Below are positions 1 to 12,080 of a DNA stretch of 64,000 nucleotides, piece after piece; position 1 is the first letter of the stretch, and the number at the start of each line of letters is the position of its first letter. A model generated the notes under the pieces. That model did not search any database, was not told the DNA's origin, and was given only the letters and a program-made list of their open reading frames with translations. Made by a program: the position numbers and the translations under genes. The stretch is from Alphaproteobacteria bacterium (GTDB lineage Bacteria > Pseudomonadota > Alphaproteobacteria > Rhizobiales > Rhizobiaceae). The stretch is from the NCBI GenBank assembly GCA_036678505.1, contig JAZIHP010000005.1, positions 10,174 through 74,173 on the forward strand, given 5' to 3'.

Positions 1-455
1 GCGCCTTCCTTCGTGCGGGCGCGCTCGCCAAAAATCTCAAGGATGAGCCCGGTGCGGTCGAGCACCTTGACGTTCATCTCCTTTTCGAGATTGCGCTGCT
101 GAACGGGCGTCAGCGAATGGTCGACAATGACCAGCTCCGCATCGCTTTCCCTGACCAGCGCGGCGATCTCGTCGACCTTGCCCGATCCCAGCAGGGTTCC
201 GGGGCGCGGGTCATTGACCGTCACGATCAGACTGTGAACCGGGTCGAGATCGATGGCGCGCGTCAGGCCCACGGCCTCGTCATGGCGGGCCGAAGGCGAA
301 CGGGTCAGGCGCGGCCGCGATGTTTCATCCACCGCCTGCGGCCGCGTCAGAACCGGAACGACGACAATGGCCCGCACGGGCGCGGCCTTGTCCTCGCCCT
401 GGCCTTTGTCGGCTTGCGTTCCGGGTTTGTCAGCCGCGTCGCGGTTGCGTGCCAA
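1..455 (-). CDS. hflX: GTPase HflX, N-terminal part (gene continues beyond the left edge)
   Basis: Reverse translation of 1-455 reads ...KAAPVRAIVVVPVLTRPQ...VDEIAALV...DRTGLILEIFGERARTKEG, a typical HflX N-domain. It lies 6 nt downstream of the hfq stop. The only in-frame start after that stop is TTG at 455-453, preceded by GAGGAAGG inside the last hfq codons. Confidence 0.85.
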   Translation of the reverse strand, partial: MARNRDAADKPGTQADKGQGEDKAAPVRAIVVVPVLTRPQAVDETSRPRLTRSPSARHDEAVGLTRAIDLDPVHSLIVTVNDPRPGTLLGSGKVDEIAALVRESDAELVIVDHSLTPVQQRNLEKEMNVKVLDRTGLILEIFGERARTKEG

Positions 456-461
456 GCAGTA

Positions 462-698
462 TCAGCCTTCCTCGCCGTCGAACATCTGAACCGGCTGGCT
501 CGGCATGATCGTGGAGATGGCATGCTTGTAGACGAGCTGGGAGTGCCCGTCACGGCGCAGCAACACACAGAAATTGTCGAACGACGTCACGACACCGGTA
601 AGTTTCACGCCGTTGATGAGGAATATCGTAAGAGGGTTTTTGCTTTTACGAACCGAGTTCAGGAAAAGGTCCTGAAGATTTTGCGAGCGTTCGGCCAT
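462..698 (-). CDS. hfq: RNA chaperone Hfq
   Basis: The 78-aa product [18 protein letters not shown]...[30 protein letters not shown] is a textbook Sm-like Hfq. The track ORF 462..797 was trimmed to the internal ATG that gives the canonical N-terminus. Confidence 0.97.
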   Translation of the reverse strand: MAERSQNLQDLFLNSVRKSKNPLTIFLINGVKLTGVVTSFDNFCVLLRRDGHSQLVYKHAISTIMPSQPVQMFDGEEG

Positions 699-835
699 TT
701 TTCTTATCTTCCCGCCGGATCCCTTTTTGTCTGTCAGTCGATATACCCGTCGAGCGGGCATATTGCGCAGCAAACAAACCTGCCTGCAAAAAAGCAAGCA
801 GGACGAGATTTACGATTGTTTACACCCTGCGGTTA

Positions 836-990
836 TCAGGCTGGACTTTTTTCCGCAACGTCAAAAAACGCCTGTCGCAGGGAAAGCGTCACCGAACCGG
901 GGTGACCATTTGCCACCGGATGGCCGTCTATCGCGACGATCGGCGTTACCAGCGTGGTCGCCGAGGACAGAAACGCCTCACGCGCCCACC
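836..990 (-). pseudogene. C-terminal remnant of a fold-type IV (D-amino-acid/branched-chain) aminotransferase
   Basis: The tail of ORF 836..1081(-) reads AREAFLSSATTLVTPIVAIDGHPVANGHPGSVTLSLRQAFFDVAEKSPA*. This matches the EAF(I/L)(T/S)SA...P(I/V)..IDG......G.PG.....LR pattern of the last ~45-50 residues of class IV aminotransferases. The ~230 residues that should precede it are absent; a terminator and an unrelated gene lie there instead. Confidence 0.45.
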
Positions 991-1024
991 ATATGCGATT
1001 CCGGCCGGGCGGCAACGGGAGACA

Positions 1025-1051
1025 CAAAAAAGCGGAGCATGAGCTCCGCTT
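1025..1051 (-). terminator. Rho-independent terminator downstream of the DapB-like gene
   Basis: The minus strand reads AAGCGGAGC-TCAT-GCTCCGCTT followed by TTTTGTGTC: a perfect 9-bp stem plus a U-run. Confidence 0.7.
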
Positions 1052-1196
1052 CCTCGTCTGTCGTGGTCTCTGCCGGTACATCCGCGGTCAGCGACTTTGT
1101 CGACACCTGCCTTTTAGAAGGTCGATGTAACGACAGGATGACAATTGCCCGGCAATATGCGCCCTTATGGTTAACGAAGAGTTAAGGGCCGGCATT

Positions 1197-2006
1197 TCAG
1201 TCCATCAGCGAATCGAGCCCGCGCATCAGTCCCTTCATGGCTCCGACCCGGCGTATCGCCAGCAGGGTTCCCGCGACATAGGGGGCAGCGGAAGAGCCGG
1301 CATCGTGCCGGATGGTGAGCCGCTCATCGGGAAGGCCGAAGATCGCCTCGCATGAAAGAATGTAGGATGGCAGGCGTAGCGAGTGAACCTGCACGCCTTC
1401 GCCCTTCCCCACCGCGCCGCCGCGGGCGGCGGGCACGCCGGATATCTGCGATTGCGGCAAGCTCGTCGCGGGTCTTCGTATCCGCGCAAGCTGTTCGGCC
1501 AGTTCGCGCGCCGTACCGGACGGCGCATCGGGTTTTCTGGCGCTGGCATAGTCCATGATTTCGACATCGGGGACGTATTTCGCGGCCATCAGGGCAAAGC
1601 GCTTCAAAAGCGTAGCGGTAATCGAGAAATTGCCGGCGGCAAGCACGCCGACGCCGGCGGCACGGGCGGCAGCGTCGATTTCGGCATAATCGCCCTCTCC
1701 GAGCCCGGAGGTGCCGATCACCACATGGCGTCCCTTCGAGATTGACAGGAGCGTGTTGGCCTTCACCGCATCCGGTTTGGTGTAGTCCACCACCACCTCG
1801 GATGGCGTCTGCAAAGCCTCTTCCAGCGAACCGGATACCTTAACTCCGGCTTGCGACGGCAAGCCGGCCGCCAGTCCGGCGTCCTGCCCGGCCGATTGAC
1901 GCGCAACGGCGCCCGCCAGAACAAGGTCATCCGCCGCGATGATCGCCGGCACCATGGCCTTGCCCACCCAGCCGGTCGCGCCGGCCATTACAACTCTTAT
2001 CGTCAT
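1197..2006 (-). CDS. DapB-family oxidoreductase (4-hydroxy-tetrahydrodipicolinate reductase-like, divergent active site)
   Basis: N-terminal Rossmann motif MAGATGWVGKA. The central region is collinear with actinobacterial-type DapB and has the KPDAPSGTA motif, but the HH.HK histidines are replaced (EIMDYASARKPDAPSGTA). Confidence 0.75.
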   Translation of the reverse strand: MTIRVVMAGATGWVGKAMVPAIIAADDLVLAGAVARQSAGQDAGLAAGLPSQAGVKVSGSLEEALQTPSEVVVDYTKPDAVKANTLLSISKGRHVVIGTSGLGEGDYAEIDAAARAAGVGVLAAGNFSITATLLKRFALMAAKYVPDVEIMDYASARKPDAPSGTARELAEQLARIRRPATSLPQSQISGVPAARGGAVGKGEGVQVHSLRLPSYILSCEAIFGLPDERLTIRHDAGSSAAPYVAGTLLAIRRVGAMKGLMRGLDSLMD

Positions 2007-2097
2007 TGCTCGTCCTCACACCCTGAAAGGAGAGAAGACACGCCGAAAGCCCGGCACGTCAAGCCGGGCTTTCGCACGATATCGGCATCGTGAAGGG

Positions 2098-2655
2098 TCA
2101 GCGAATGAAGCTGTCCATGCGCCGCAGGGTAACGCGGCGGTTGCGCCAGTTCTCGTTCTGCGTGGGAACGAGCAGAAATTCCTTGCCATAGCCGACCGTT
2201 TCGAGCGCCCGCGACGGCACGCCGAACTCGCGCACCAGGACCCGCTTGAGCGATTCTGCGCGGCGTTCCGACAGCAGCTGATTGGACTGGAACGAACCGA
2301 CCGCGTCGGTATGGCCTTCAATCAGCACCTGCGCGCGGCGATCGCGGCGAAGCATGTTGTTCAGCGCGTCGGCGATGTTGCGGACCTTGCGGTATTGCGA
2401 AGGCGAAACTTCAGCCGAAGCGAATTCGAAGTTGATCGACTGGATGTCGATCGAGGGGGCGGCGCGGCGCAGGTCCGGGCGGCGCTTGAACTCGCCGACG
2501 GTGACGCGCTGGTTCTGCTTGAGCCGCATATGCGGCGCGCTTTCAAGCTGACGCTCGATGGTCGCGGCGGAAGGTGTCGGCGCCTGAGCGAAAGCGGCTC
2601 CGGGCAAGATAACGGCCGCGACGAGAGCGGTCGCGAAGCTGCGGCGGTTGAGCAT
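2098..2655 (-). CDS. OmpA-family (OmpA_C-like peptidoglycan-binding) exported protein
   Basis: Signal peptide MLNRRSFATALVAAVILPGAAFAQA, then a C-terminal OmpA-like domain (LIEGHTDAVGS...NQLLSERRAESL...NRRVTL). The start was trimmed to the ATG that gives the signal peptide. Confidence 0.85.
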   Translation of the reverse strand: MLNRRSFATALVAAVILPGAAFAQAPTPSAATIERQLESAPHMRLKQNQRVTVGEFKRRPDLRRAAPSIDIQSINFEFASAEVSPSQYRKVRNIADALNNMLRRDRRAQVLIEGHTDAVGSFQSNQLLSERRAESLKRVLVREFGVPSRALETVGYGKEFLLVPTQNENWRNRRVTLRRMDSFIR

Positions 2656-2769
2656 GGTCTTCTCCTCGTATCGGAGCCCCGCATTTGTTTCGTCGAGGCC
2701 TGGCGCGAACTTACAGGAGTTGTCTGAAGCGGGCATGAACGGCGCGTTCAGGAACCGGACGACTGCTCG

Positions 2770-3330
2770 TCAGCGCATCACGCTGGCGGATCGCTCGGCG
2801 AAGCTCATGGGCCGGATTATCTCCCTGGACTGCCCCACAGGCGTAAAACCCAGCTTCTGATACAAAGGCAGCGCTGCGGGATGATCGAGCGTACAGGTCT
2901 GAACCGTCACGAGCCGAGGGCGCGTTGCCCAGCACGCTGAAATGGCGGCCCCCAGAAACCAGCGTCCCAGCCCCTGCCCCATTGCATGTTCCATCATGCC
3001 GAAAAACGCCAGGTCGGAAACCTCCGGAGACACCCGGTTGATGTCGAAGAACCCCGCCGGCGCGCCATCCAGATAGAGAACCGAAACCTCTCTGTCTTGC
3101 CGGTGGAGTTCCGCCGCCAGTTCCGCATCGCTCTTGCGCAGCGAATTCACCCAGTGCCACTTCCGCCCGACCCTGTCGGTCAGATAGCGATAGTAGTGCA
3201 GCGGGATATTGCTGGTCTTCAAAAGCGCGATCTGCCTGTTGCAGGGCGCGGGTGGATAAGCGGATGGCGGCGACGCCATTTCGAGAAAGACGACGGTCAC
3301 GTCTATCGGGTCGGGGTGCATCGGCGACAT
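2770..3330 (-). CDS. GNAT family N-acetyltransferase
   Basis: Acetyl-CoA binding-type motif (HAMGQGLGRWFL...LYQKLGF) in a ~186-aa protein. The start was chosen at MSPMHPDP and is uncertain. Confidence 0.75.
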   Translation of the reverse strand: MSPMHPDPIDVTVVFLEMASPPSAYPPAPCNRQIALLKTSNIPLHYYRYLTDRVGRKWHWVNSLRKSDAELAAELHRQDREVSVLYLDGAPAGFFDINRVSPEVSDLAFFGMMEHAMGQGLGRWFLGAAISACWATRPRLVTVQTCTLDHPAALPLYQKLGFTPVGQSREIIRPMSFAERSASVMR

Positions 3331-3337
3331 GGTGCGA

Positions 3338-4204
3338 TCAGTCTTCGGAAGCGTGGCCTGCGCCTGTTTCGACCGGCGTATCCGCCAGGCCGCCCCACTC
3401 GGCCCACGAGCCGTCATAGAGGCGGTTGTCACCGTGCCCCAGCGTTTCCAGCGCCAGTATCAGCGCAGCCGCGGTCACGCCCGAGCCACAGGAGGTCACC
3501 ACCGGGCGCTCCAGGTCGACGCCGGCCGCGGTAAAGAGCTTGCGCAATTCAGGGGCCGGCAACAGATAGCCATTTTTCGACAGGGCCGAGCACGGCAGAT
3601 TGCGGGCGCCGGGCATGTGGCCGGAACGGATGCCGGCTCTCGGCTCCGGTTCGGTTCCTGAAAAACGGCCGGGCCCGCGGGCATCGACGATCTGGCTTTC
3701 GCCCCGCTCCACGAGCCGGCGCATTTGCGAAAGACTGACGACCTGCTTCTCGTCGAACCCGGCATGGAAGATGCACGGCGCTATTCTGGTGGCCTCGTCC
3801 GTCACCGGCCGCCCCGCGGCCTTCCATGCGTCGAACCCGCCATCCAGGACATAGACCTGATACATGCCCATGACGCGAAACATCCACCACGCCCTTGGAG
3901 CGGAAAAGAAGCCCGGACCGTCATAAATCACGATCGTGTCGTCGGCAGAGATGCCGAGCGTGCCGGCAAAGCGGGCAAAATGCCGCGCCGAAGGCAGCGT
4001 ATGCGGCAGATCGGAGTTCGGATCGGAAACGGCGTCATGGTCGAAGAACACCGCGCCTGGAACATGCGCGGCTTCATATTCCGCGCGCGCGTCGCGCTTC
4101 TGGTCGGGAAGATACCAGGACGCATCGACGATCGTCAGGCCCGGCTCGCCGAGGCGCTGCTGCAACCATTCCGCATCCACCGTAAAGGGACTGTCCGCAG
4201 CCAT
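3338..4204 (-). CDS. sseA: 3-mercaptopyruvate sulfurtransferase (tandem rhodanese)
   Basis: Two rhodanese repeats with the active-site loop CGSGVTAA characteristic of 3-MST/SseA. Either ATG, at 4237 or 4204, is a possible start. Confidence 0.88.
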   Translation of the reverse strand: MAADSPFTVDAEWLQQRLGEPGLTIVDASWYLPDQKRDARAEYEAAHVPGAVFFDHDAVSDPNSDLPHTLPSARHFARFAGTLGISADDTIVIYDGPGFFSAPRAWWMFRVMGMYQVYVLDGGFDAWKAAGRPVTDEATRIAPCIFHAGFDEKQVVSLSQMRRLVERGESQIVDARGPGRFSGTEPEPRAGIRSGHMPGARNLPCSALSKNGYLLPAPELRKLFTAAGVDLERPVVTSCGSGVTAAALILALETLGHGDNRLYDGSWAEWGGLADTPVETGAGHASED

Positions 4205-4242
4205 GTCATGTCCTTCCCTGAATTGCAGTTCCAACATAGGCG

Positions 4243-4989
4243 TCAGGCGACTGGCAGGGGGCCGAACCGGAGACGGAAACGCCGGTTTTCCCTGCCTTTT
4301 TTCTCGATCTTGCCGATATGGATTTCCCCGATCTCAGATGTGCGGGCGACATGCGTGCCGCCGCAAGGCTGGCTGTCGATCAGCCCTTCCTCGCCGATGC
4401 ACACAAGCCGGATGCTGCCGGTGCCTTGCGGCGGGCGCACATTCTTGGATTTCACCAGTCCGGGGTTGGCGGCCAGATCCGCATCGCCGATCCGGCGTAT
4501 GAAAACCGGATGATCGGCGCGAACGAGCTCCATCAGCCGGGCTGTGGCTTCTTCCTTGCCGAGGCTGGCGTCGGGAATGTCGAAATCCACCCGCGAATCA
4601 TCGGGAGAGACCGCCGCGCCGGTTATCGGATAAGGGCAGACTACGGTGAGCAGATGGCAGGCGGTGTGCATGCGCATCAACAGGTGGCGCCGGGGCCAGT
4701 CGATGAAAAGCTTCAGCGCTTCGCCAGGGATCAGTTCCGGCTGGCCGGGCGCGGGAACATGGACGATCTCGTCCTTCGTCTGACCGGTGACGGTGGCCGC
4801 GATCTCGATGCGGCTTCCGTCCCCACGCTCGAAATATCCCGTGTCGCCCGGCTGTCCGCCCGACGTCGCATAAAAAATGGTGCGGTCGAGGATGACGCCG
4901 CCGCCCTCGTTGACCGCCAGCACAGTTGCCGCCGCTTCCTTCATATATGAGTCATCACGAAACAGAGGCTGTGTGCTGGGTTCCATCAT
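4243..4989 (-). CDS. alaX: Alanyl-tRNA editing protein (AlaX-M type)
   Basis: HTACHLL (HxxxH) and CGGTH zinc motifs of the AlaRS editing domain in a ~248-aa free-standing protein. The ATGATGA start overlaps the cysK stop. Confidence 0.85.
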   Translation of the reverse strand: MMEPSTQPLFRDDSYMKEAAATVLAVNEGGGVILDRTIFYATSGGQPGDTGYFERGDGSRIEIAATVTGQTKDEIVHVPAPGQPELIPGEALKLFIDWPRRHLLMRMHTACHLLTVVCPYPITGAAVSPDDSRVDFDIPDASLGKEEATARLMELVRADHPVFIRRIGDADLAANPGLVKSKNVRPPQGTGSIRLVCIGEEGLIDSQPCGGTHVARTSEIGEIHIGKIEKKGRENRRFRLRFGPLPVA

Positions 4990-6020
4990 TCCACCTGTAT
5001 ATACGGCACGCCGATCCTGACCTTCTCCTCCATCCAGCCCGGAACAGGCAAGTGCTTCGCCCGCAGGAATTCGGGATTGAAGAGTTTCGACTGATAGCGT
5101 GTACCGTAATCGCACAGAATGGTCACGATGGTATGGCCCGGTCCCAGTTCCCGGGCGAGGCGGATCGCGCCTGCTATGTTGACGCCGGTGGAGCCGCCGA
5201 CGCACAGCCCTTCTTCCTGAATCAGATCGAAAATGATCGGCAAAGCCTCATCATCGGGGATCCGGTAGGAAAAATCGGGCGTGAACCCGTCCAGATTGGC
5301 GGTAATTCGCCCCTGTCCGATGCCTTCGGTGATCGAGGACCCTTCGGAGACGAATTCGCCGCTGGTGTAATAACTGTGGAGGGCGGCGCCGGAGGGATCG
5401 GCCAGAGCCACTTTCACGGCGCTGCTTCTGTTGCGCAGGCCGGCGGACACGCCGGCCAGCGTTCCGCCGGAGCCGACCGCCGAAACGAAACCGTCGATCT
5501 TTGCGCCGGTCTGCTCCCAGATTTCCTTTGCCGTGGTGTCGATATGGCCATTCCGGTTCGCCACATTGTCGAACTGGTTGGCCCAGATCGCGCCGTTCGG
5601 CTCCGTCGCCGCCAGTTGTGCCGCCAGCCGCCCGGAAAGTTTCACGTAGTTGTTCGGATCGCGGTACGGCACGGCCGGAACCTCGATCAGTTCCGCGCCG
5701 AGCAGGCGGATGGCATCTTTTTTCTCCTGGCTCTGCGTATCGGGAATGACGATGACGGTGCGGTAGCCGAGCGCCTTCGCCACCAGCGTCAGGCCGATGC
5801 CGGTGTTGCCGGCGGTTCCTTCCACGATGACGCCGCCCGGCCGCAGCAATCCGCGCCGTTCGGCATCGCGGATGATGAAAAGCCCTGCCCTGTCCTTCAC
5901 GGACTGGCCGGGATTCATGAATTCGGCCTTGCCGAAAATTTCGCATCCCGTTTCCTCGGAAGCTCGCCGCAACCTGATCAGGGGGGTGTTGCCGATAGCG
6001 TCGATCACCGAGCGGTGCAT
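4986..6020 (-). CDS. cysK: Cysteine synthase (PLP-dependent, CysK-like, 344 aa)
   Basis: PLP-lysine motif NPGQSVKDR and the GTAGNTG loop; full-length similarity to the cysteine synthase/CBS fold. Confidence 0.9.
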   Translation of the reverse strand: MHRSVIDAIGNTPLIRLRRASEETGCEIFGKAEFMNPGQSVKDRAGLFIIRDAERRGLLRPGGVIVEGTAGNTGIGLTLVAKALGYRTVIVIPDTQSQEKKDAIRLLGAELIEVPAVPYRDPNNYVKLSGRLAAQLAATEPNGAIWANQFDNVANRNGHIDTTAKEIWEQTGAKIDGFVSAVGSGGTLAGVSAGLRNRSSAVKVALADPSGAALHSYYTSGEFVSEGSSITEGIGQGRITANLDGFTPDFSYRIPDDEALPIIFDLIQEEGLCVGGSTGVNIAGAIRLARELGPGHTIVTILCDYGTRYQSKLFNPEFLRAKHLPVPGWMEEKVRIGVPYIQVE

Positions 6021-6219
6021 GGAAATTCCTTCAATCTGACCGTTTGATCCGAAACTAGAAATCTACCCTCCTCCTTACAAGGATGGATTTTTCTCATAAA
6101 TCCGGCTTTTTAGGACAAAATTCCACAAACGGGAATCAAACGTCCAACCCCGTCATATGCCCTCTTTCCTTAACAGGCGCGGATGGCTAGACCATTTCGC
6201 AATGCGGATATGGTGACGA

Positions 6220-7059
6220 ATGGGACTTTACAGGGCCAACCCCAAAGACGGCATCGTCTGGATCACAGGCGGCAGTTCCGGAATAGGCAGGGCACTTGCG
6301 AAAGCATTGGCGGCAACCGGCTACACGGTGGCGGTCACCGCCCGCGAGGAAGATGAAATCGAGGCGCTCATCGCTGAAGCGGCGCCCCTTTCCGGCCAGA
6401 TCCTTTCCTTTCCCTGCGACGTGACCGATGAAGCGGGGCTGGATGACACGCTGGCCGCGATCGAAAGCGCAGCGGGTCCCGTCGTGCTGGCCATATTCAA
6501 CGCCGGCACTTATGTGCCGGTTGCCGGCGAAAACCTTTCGGTGCGCAAATTCAGGCGGACGTTCGACCTCAATCTGCAAGGCGTCATCAACGGAATGGTG
6601 CCGGTCGCGCGTCGCATGCAGAAGCGCGGTTTCGGTCATATCGTGCTTATGGGCTCGATCAGCGCATGGTTTGGCTGGCCGACCACGGCCGCATATGGCG
6701 CCAGCAAGGCCGCCATCAACGTGATGGCGCAATCTCTGAAATATGATTTTGACAAGATCAATATCCGCATCCAGGTCGCCAATCCCGGTTTCGTGAACAC
6801 GCCGCTGCTTCAGTTGCAGCAAACGGCATCCAGGGTCCCGGCGCTTATGCGGCCGCAGGATGCGGCAAGCCGCATGTTGAGGGGCATCGCGCGCGGCGGC
6901 TTCGAAATCGCTTTCCCGAAGCGGCTCGTCTGGGGTCTGAAGCTGACGAGCATGTTGCCGCAACCGGTTCGCCATTGGGTGATCGACCGGCTTACAGGCT
7001 GGTCGTCGCGCCCCTTGAGCTTCGGGCGCGCGGGCGCGCGCAAGCGACAGGATGCGTAA
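6220..7059 (+). CDS. SDR family oxidoreductase
   Basis: TGGSSGIGRA cofactor motif, NAG, and the catalytic YGASK. Confidence 0.88.
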   Translation: MGLYRANPKDGIVWITGGSSGIGRALAKALAATGYTVAVTAREEDEIEALIAEAAPLSGQILSFPCDVTDEAGLDDTLAAIESAAGPVVLAIFNAGTYVPVAGENLSVRKFRRTFDLNLQGVINGMVPVARRMQKRGFGHIVLMGSISAWFGWPTTAAYGASKAAINVMAQSLKYDFDKINIRIQVANPGFVNTPLLQLQQTASRVPALMRPQDAASRMLRGIARGGFEIAFPKRLVWGLKLTSMLPQPVRHWVIDRLTGWSSRPLSFGRAGARKRQDA

Positions 7060-7338
7060 CCGCTGCTGTTGCGCTGCAATATAATCTCCTTGCAATTTCT
7101 GCCCCGCTCCTCCATATGCCGTTTATGGGCGCTTGGGCCGGCTGATCCGGCTTTCTCGAAAAATGAGACTGGTTGCGTCTGTTTCTCACCTTGCGCCCTG
7201 TCGGCGCGGTGATGAAAAGCCCCGTGCGCACAAGCGTGTGGGCGCGACAGCGCAGCCGAGCGGACTTAATCCGCCGCCTTGTCGTTTCCGATGTTTATGT
7301 CAGGCGGATTGCGCTCCGCCATACGCGTTGGCGGCTGC

Positions 7339-8892
<1,554 letters not shown>

Positions 8893-8910
8893 TGACATAA
8901 TTTCTGAAAA

Positions 8911-8947
8911 AACAAAACGGCGGGGAAATTCCCCGCCGTTTTTATTT
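8911..8947. terminator. Bidirectional rho-independent terminator between the helicase and pyrG
   Basis: CGGCGGGG-AAATT-CCCCGCCG stem-loop flanked by an A-run on the left and a T-run on the right, sitting between convergent genes. Confidence 0.8.
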
Positions 8948-8966
8948 GCCTGTCGTTTGTCGCCGG

Positions 8967-10607
<1,641 letters not shown>

Positions 10608-10683
10608 TTAGCGCGGCCGAACCGATTCCGCCAGTGGAAAAACCATGCCGCATAAGGTTTTCCCGGGCTTAGGTGTTTCAAGC

Positions 10684-10711
10684 AAAAAGGGCCGGCTCCG
10701 GCCGGCCCCTT
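10684..10711 (-). terminator. Rho-independent terminator after the L,D-transpeptidase gene
   Basis: The minus strand reads GGGCCGGC-CGGA-GCCGGCCC followed by TTTTTGCTT. Confidence 0.75.
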
Positions 10712-10730
10712 CTTGCGCTGACGCGAACGG

Positions 10731-11861
10731 TCAGAGAACGACGACTTTCGTGCCGGTCTTCACGCGCCTGTAGAGATCCATCACATGATCGTTGATCATG
10801 CGGAAGCAGCCATTCGACGAATTGGTGCCGATGGTCTGCGGCTGGTTGGTGCCGTGGATGCGCAGATAGGTGTCCTTCTTGCCCTCATAGAGGTAGATGG
10901 CGCGCGCGCCCAGCGGATTGTCCGGGCCGCCCGGCATGCCGTCCTTGTAGCGGCCATATTTGGCAGGCTCACGCTGCTGCATGTCCTTGGTGGGAATCCA
11001 GCGCGGCCACTCCTGCTTGTCGCCGACGACCGTGGTGCCCTTGTACTGGAGCCCGTCGCGACCGACGGCGATCGCATAGCGGCGCGCGGTGAACGGCGTC
11101 TCGACCAGATAGAGACGGCGCGCATTGGTGTCGATCACGATGGTGCCCGGCTCATAGCCGGTGAAATTAACCTGCTGCGGCTCGAAGTCCGGCTTCACAT
11201 TGAACTTCTTCCTGGCCTGACGTTCCTGCAGGACGGAATCGAGCGCCCGCGTCTCCGGCAGATAGGCAACGGCGCCGGCCGGCGCGCTGGTGTTGAAGAA
11301 CCCGCCGAACAGGCCGCCGCTGCGCTGCCGGGGAACGACATCCCGCGCCTCGCTTCGCAGTTCGCCATTGTTGCCGGTGCGCGCAATCGCCATCGCATCG
11401 GCCGACAGCGGCTGCTGAACTTCTTCGATAACCGCAGGAGCAGCGGCAGCCTGCTGCTTTACGGGAGCCGGCCGCACAGGTTCCGGCGCCCGTGCCGCCC
11501 GTGCCGTCCTGCCCTGCTCACGCTTTTCCTGAAACGCCTTGCGTTCGGCCTCGGCCTTTGCCCTGGCGGCTTCGCGCATGGCCAGCTTCCTGGCCTCGAC
11601 AGCCCTGGCGCGCGCCTCTGCCTGTTCGATTTTGACCTGCTTCTCCAGCTCGTTGATTCTGGCCAGATCGTCGTCGGTCGGCTTCTTCTTGCGCTTCAGG
11701 ACCTTCAGTTCGGAAGCGGCGCTTTTCGCGGCCACTTCCACGACATCGGTCACGGCGGGGGTTTTAGGGGCAGCACCGGCTGCGATTGGAGCGGCATAGA
11801 CTGGCGCGCCAGCATATAGGGAGGCGCACAGGCTCATCAAAATGAAGCTGCGAAGCGGCAT
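10731..11861 (-). CDS. L,D-transpeptidase (YkuD domain) with a long charged/Ala-rich N-terminal linker
   Basis: C-terminal catalytic motif HGTNQPQTIGTNSSNGCFRM and signal peptide MPLRSFILMSLCASLYAGAPVYA. The start was trimmed to that ATG. Confidence 0.88.
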   Translation of the reverse strand: MPLRSFILMSLCASLYAGAPVYAAPIAAGAAPKTPAVTDVVEVAAKSAASELKVLKRKKKPTDDDLARINELEKQVKIEQAEARARAVEARKLAMREAARAKAEAERKAFQEKREQGRTARAARAPEPVRPAPVKQQAAAAPAVIEEVQQPLSADAMAIARTGNNGELRSEARDVVPRQRSGGLFGGFFNTSAPAGAVAYLPETRALDSVLQERQARKKFNVKPDFEPQQVNFTGYEPGTIVIDTNARRLYLVETPFTARRYAIAVGRDGLQYKGTTVVGDKQEWPRWIPTKDMQQREPAKYGRYKDGMPGGPDNPLGARAIYLYEGKKDTYLRIHGTNQPQTIGTNSSNGCFRMINDHVMDLYRRVKTGTKVVVL

Positions 11862-12080
11862 GACGAAAATCCGATCAGAAAAACTGCTGTTGCCTGTGGC
11901 TCGACCCGCAGTACCCGGACGGGCGGCCATCTGCCGATCTATAATCGATTGGCCGGACACACCTCAAGCGGGGCTTTGCATCTTGCCCGGCAAATCATCG
12001 TGATAAAATTCATTTGCGACAACTGTGTTCAAACGACAACAGTACGCCGCAGTGACAGTTCCCGGTCGCTCGGACAGAGC

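Noticed and set aside
117-905. 262-aa plus-strand ORF spanning the hflX/hfq region.
   Set aside because: It is antisense to two unambiguous genes (HflX N-domain and Hfq). Its composition is Arg-rich with no motif.
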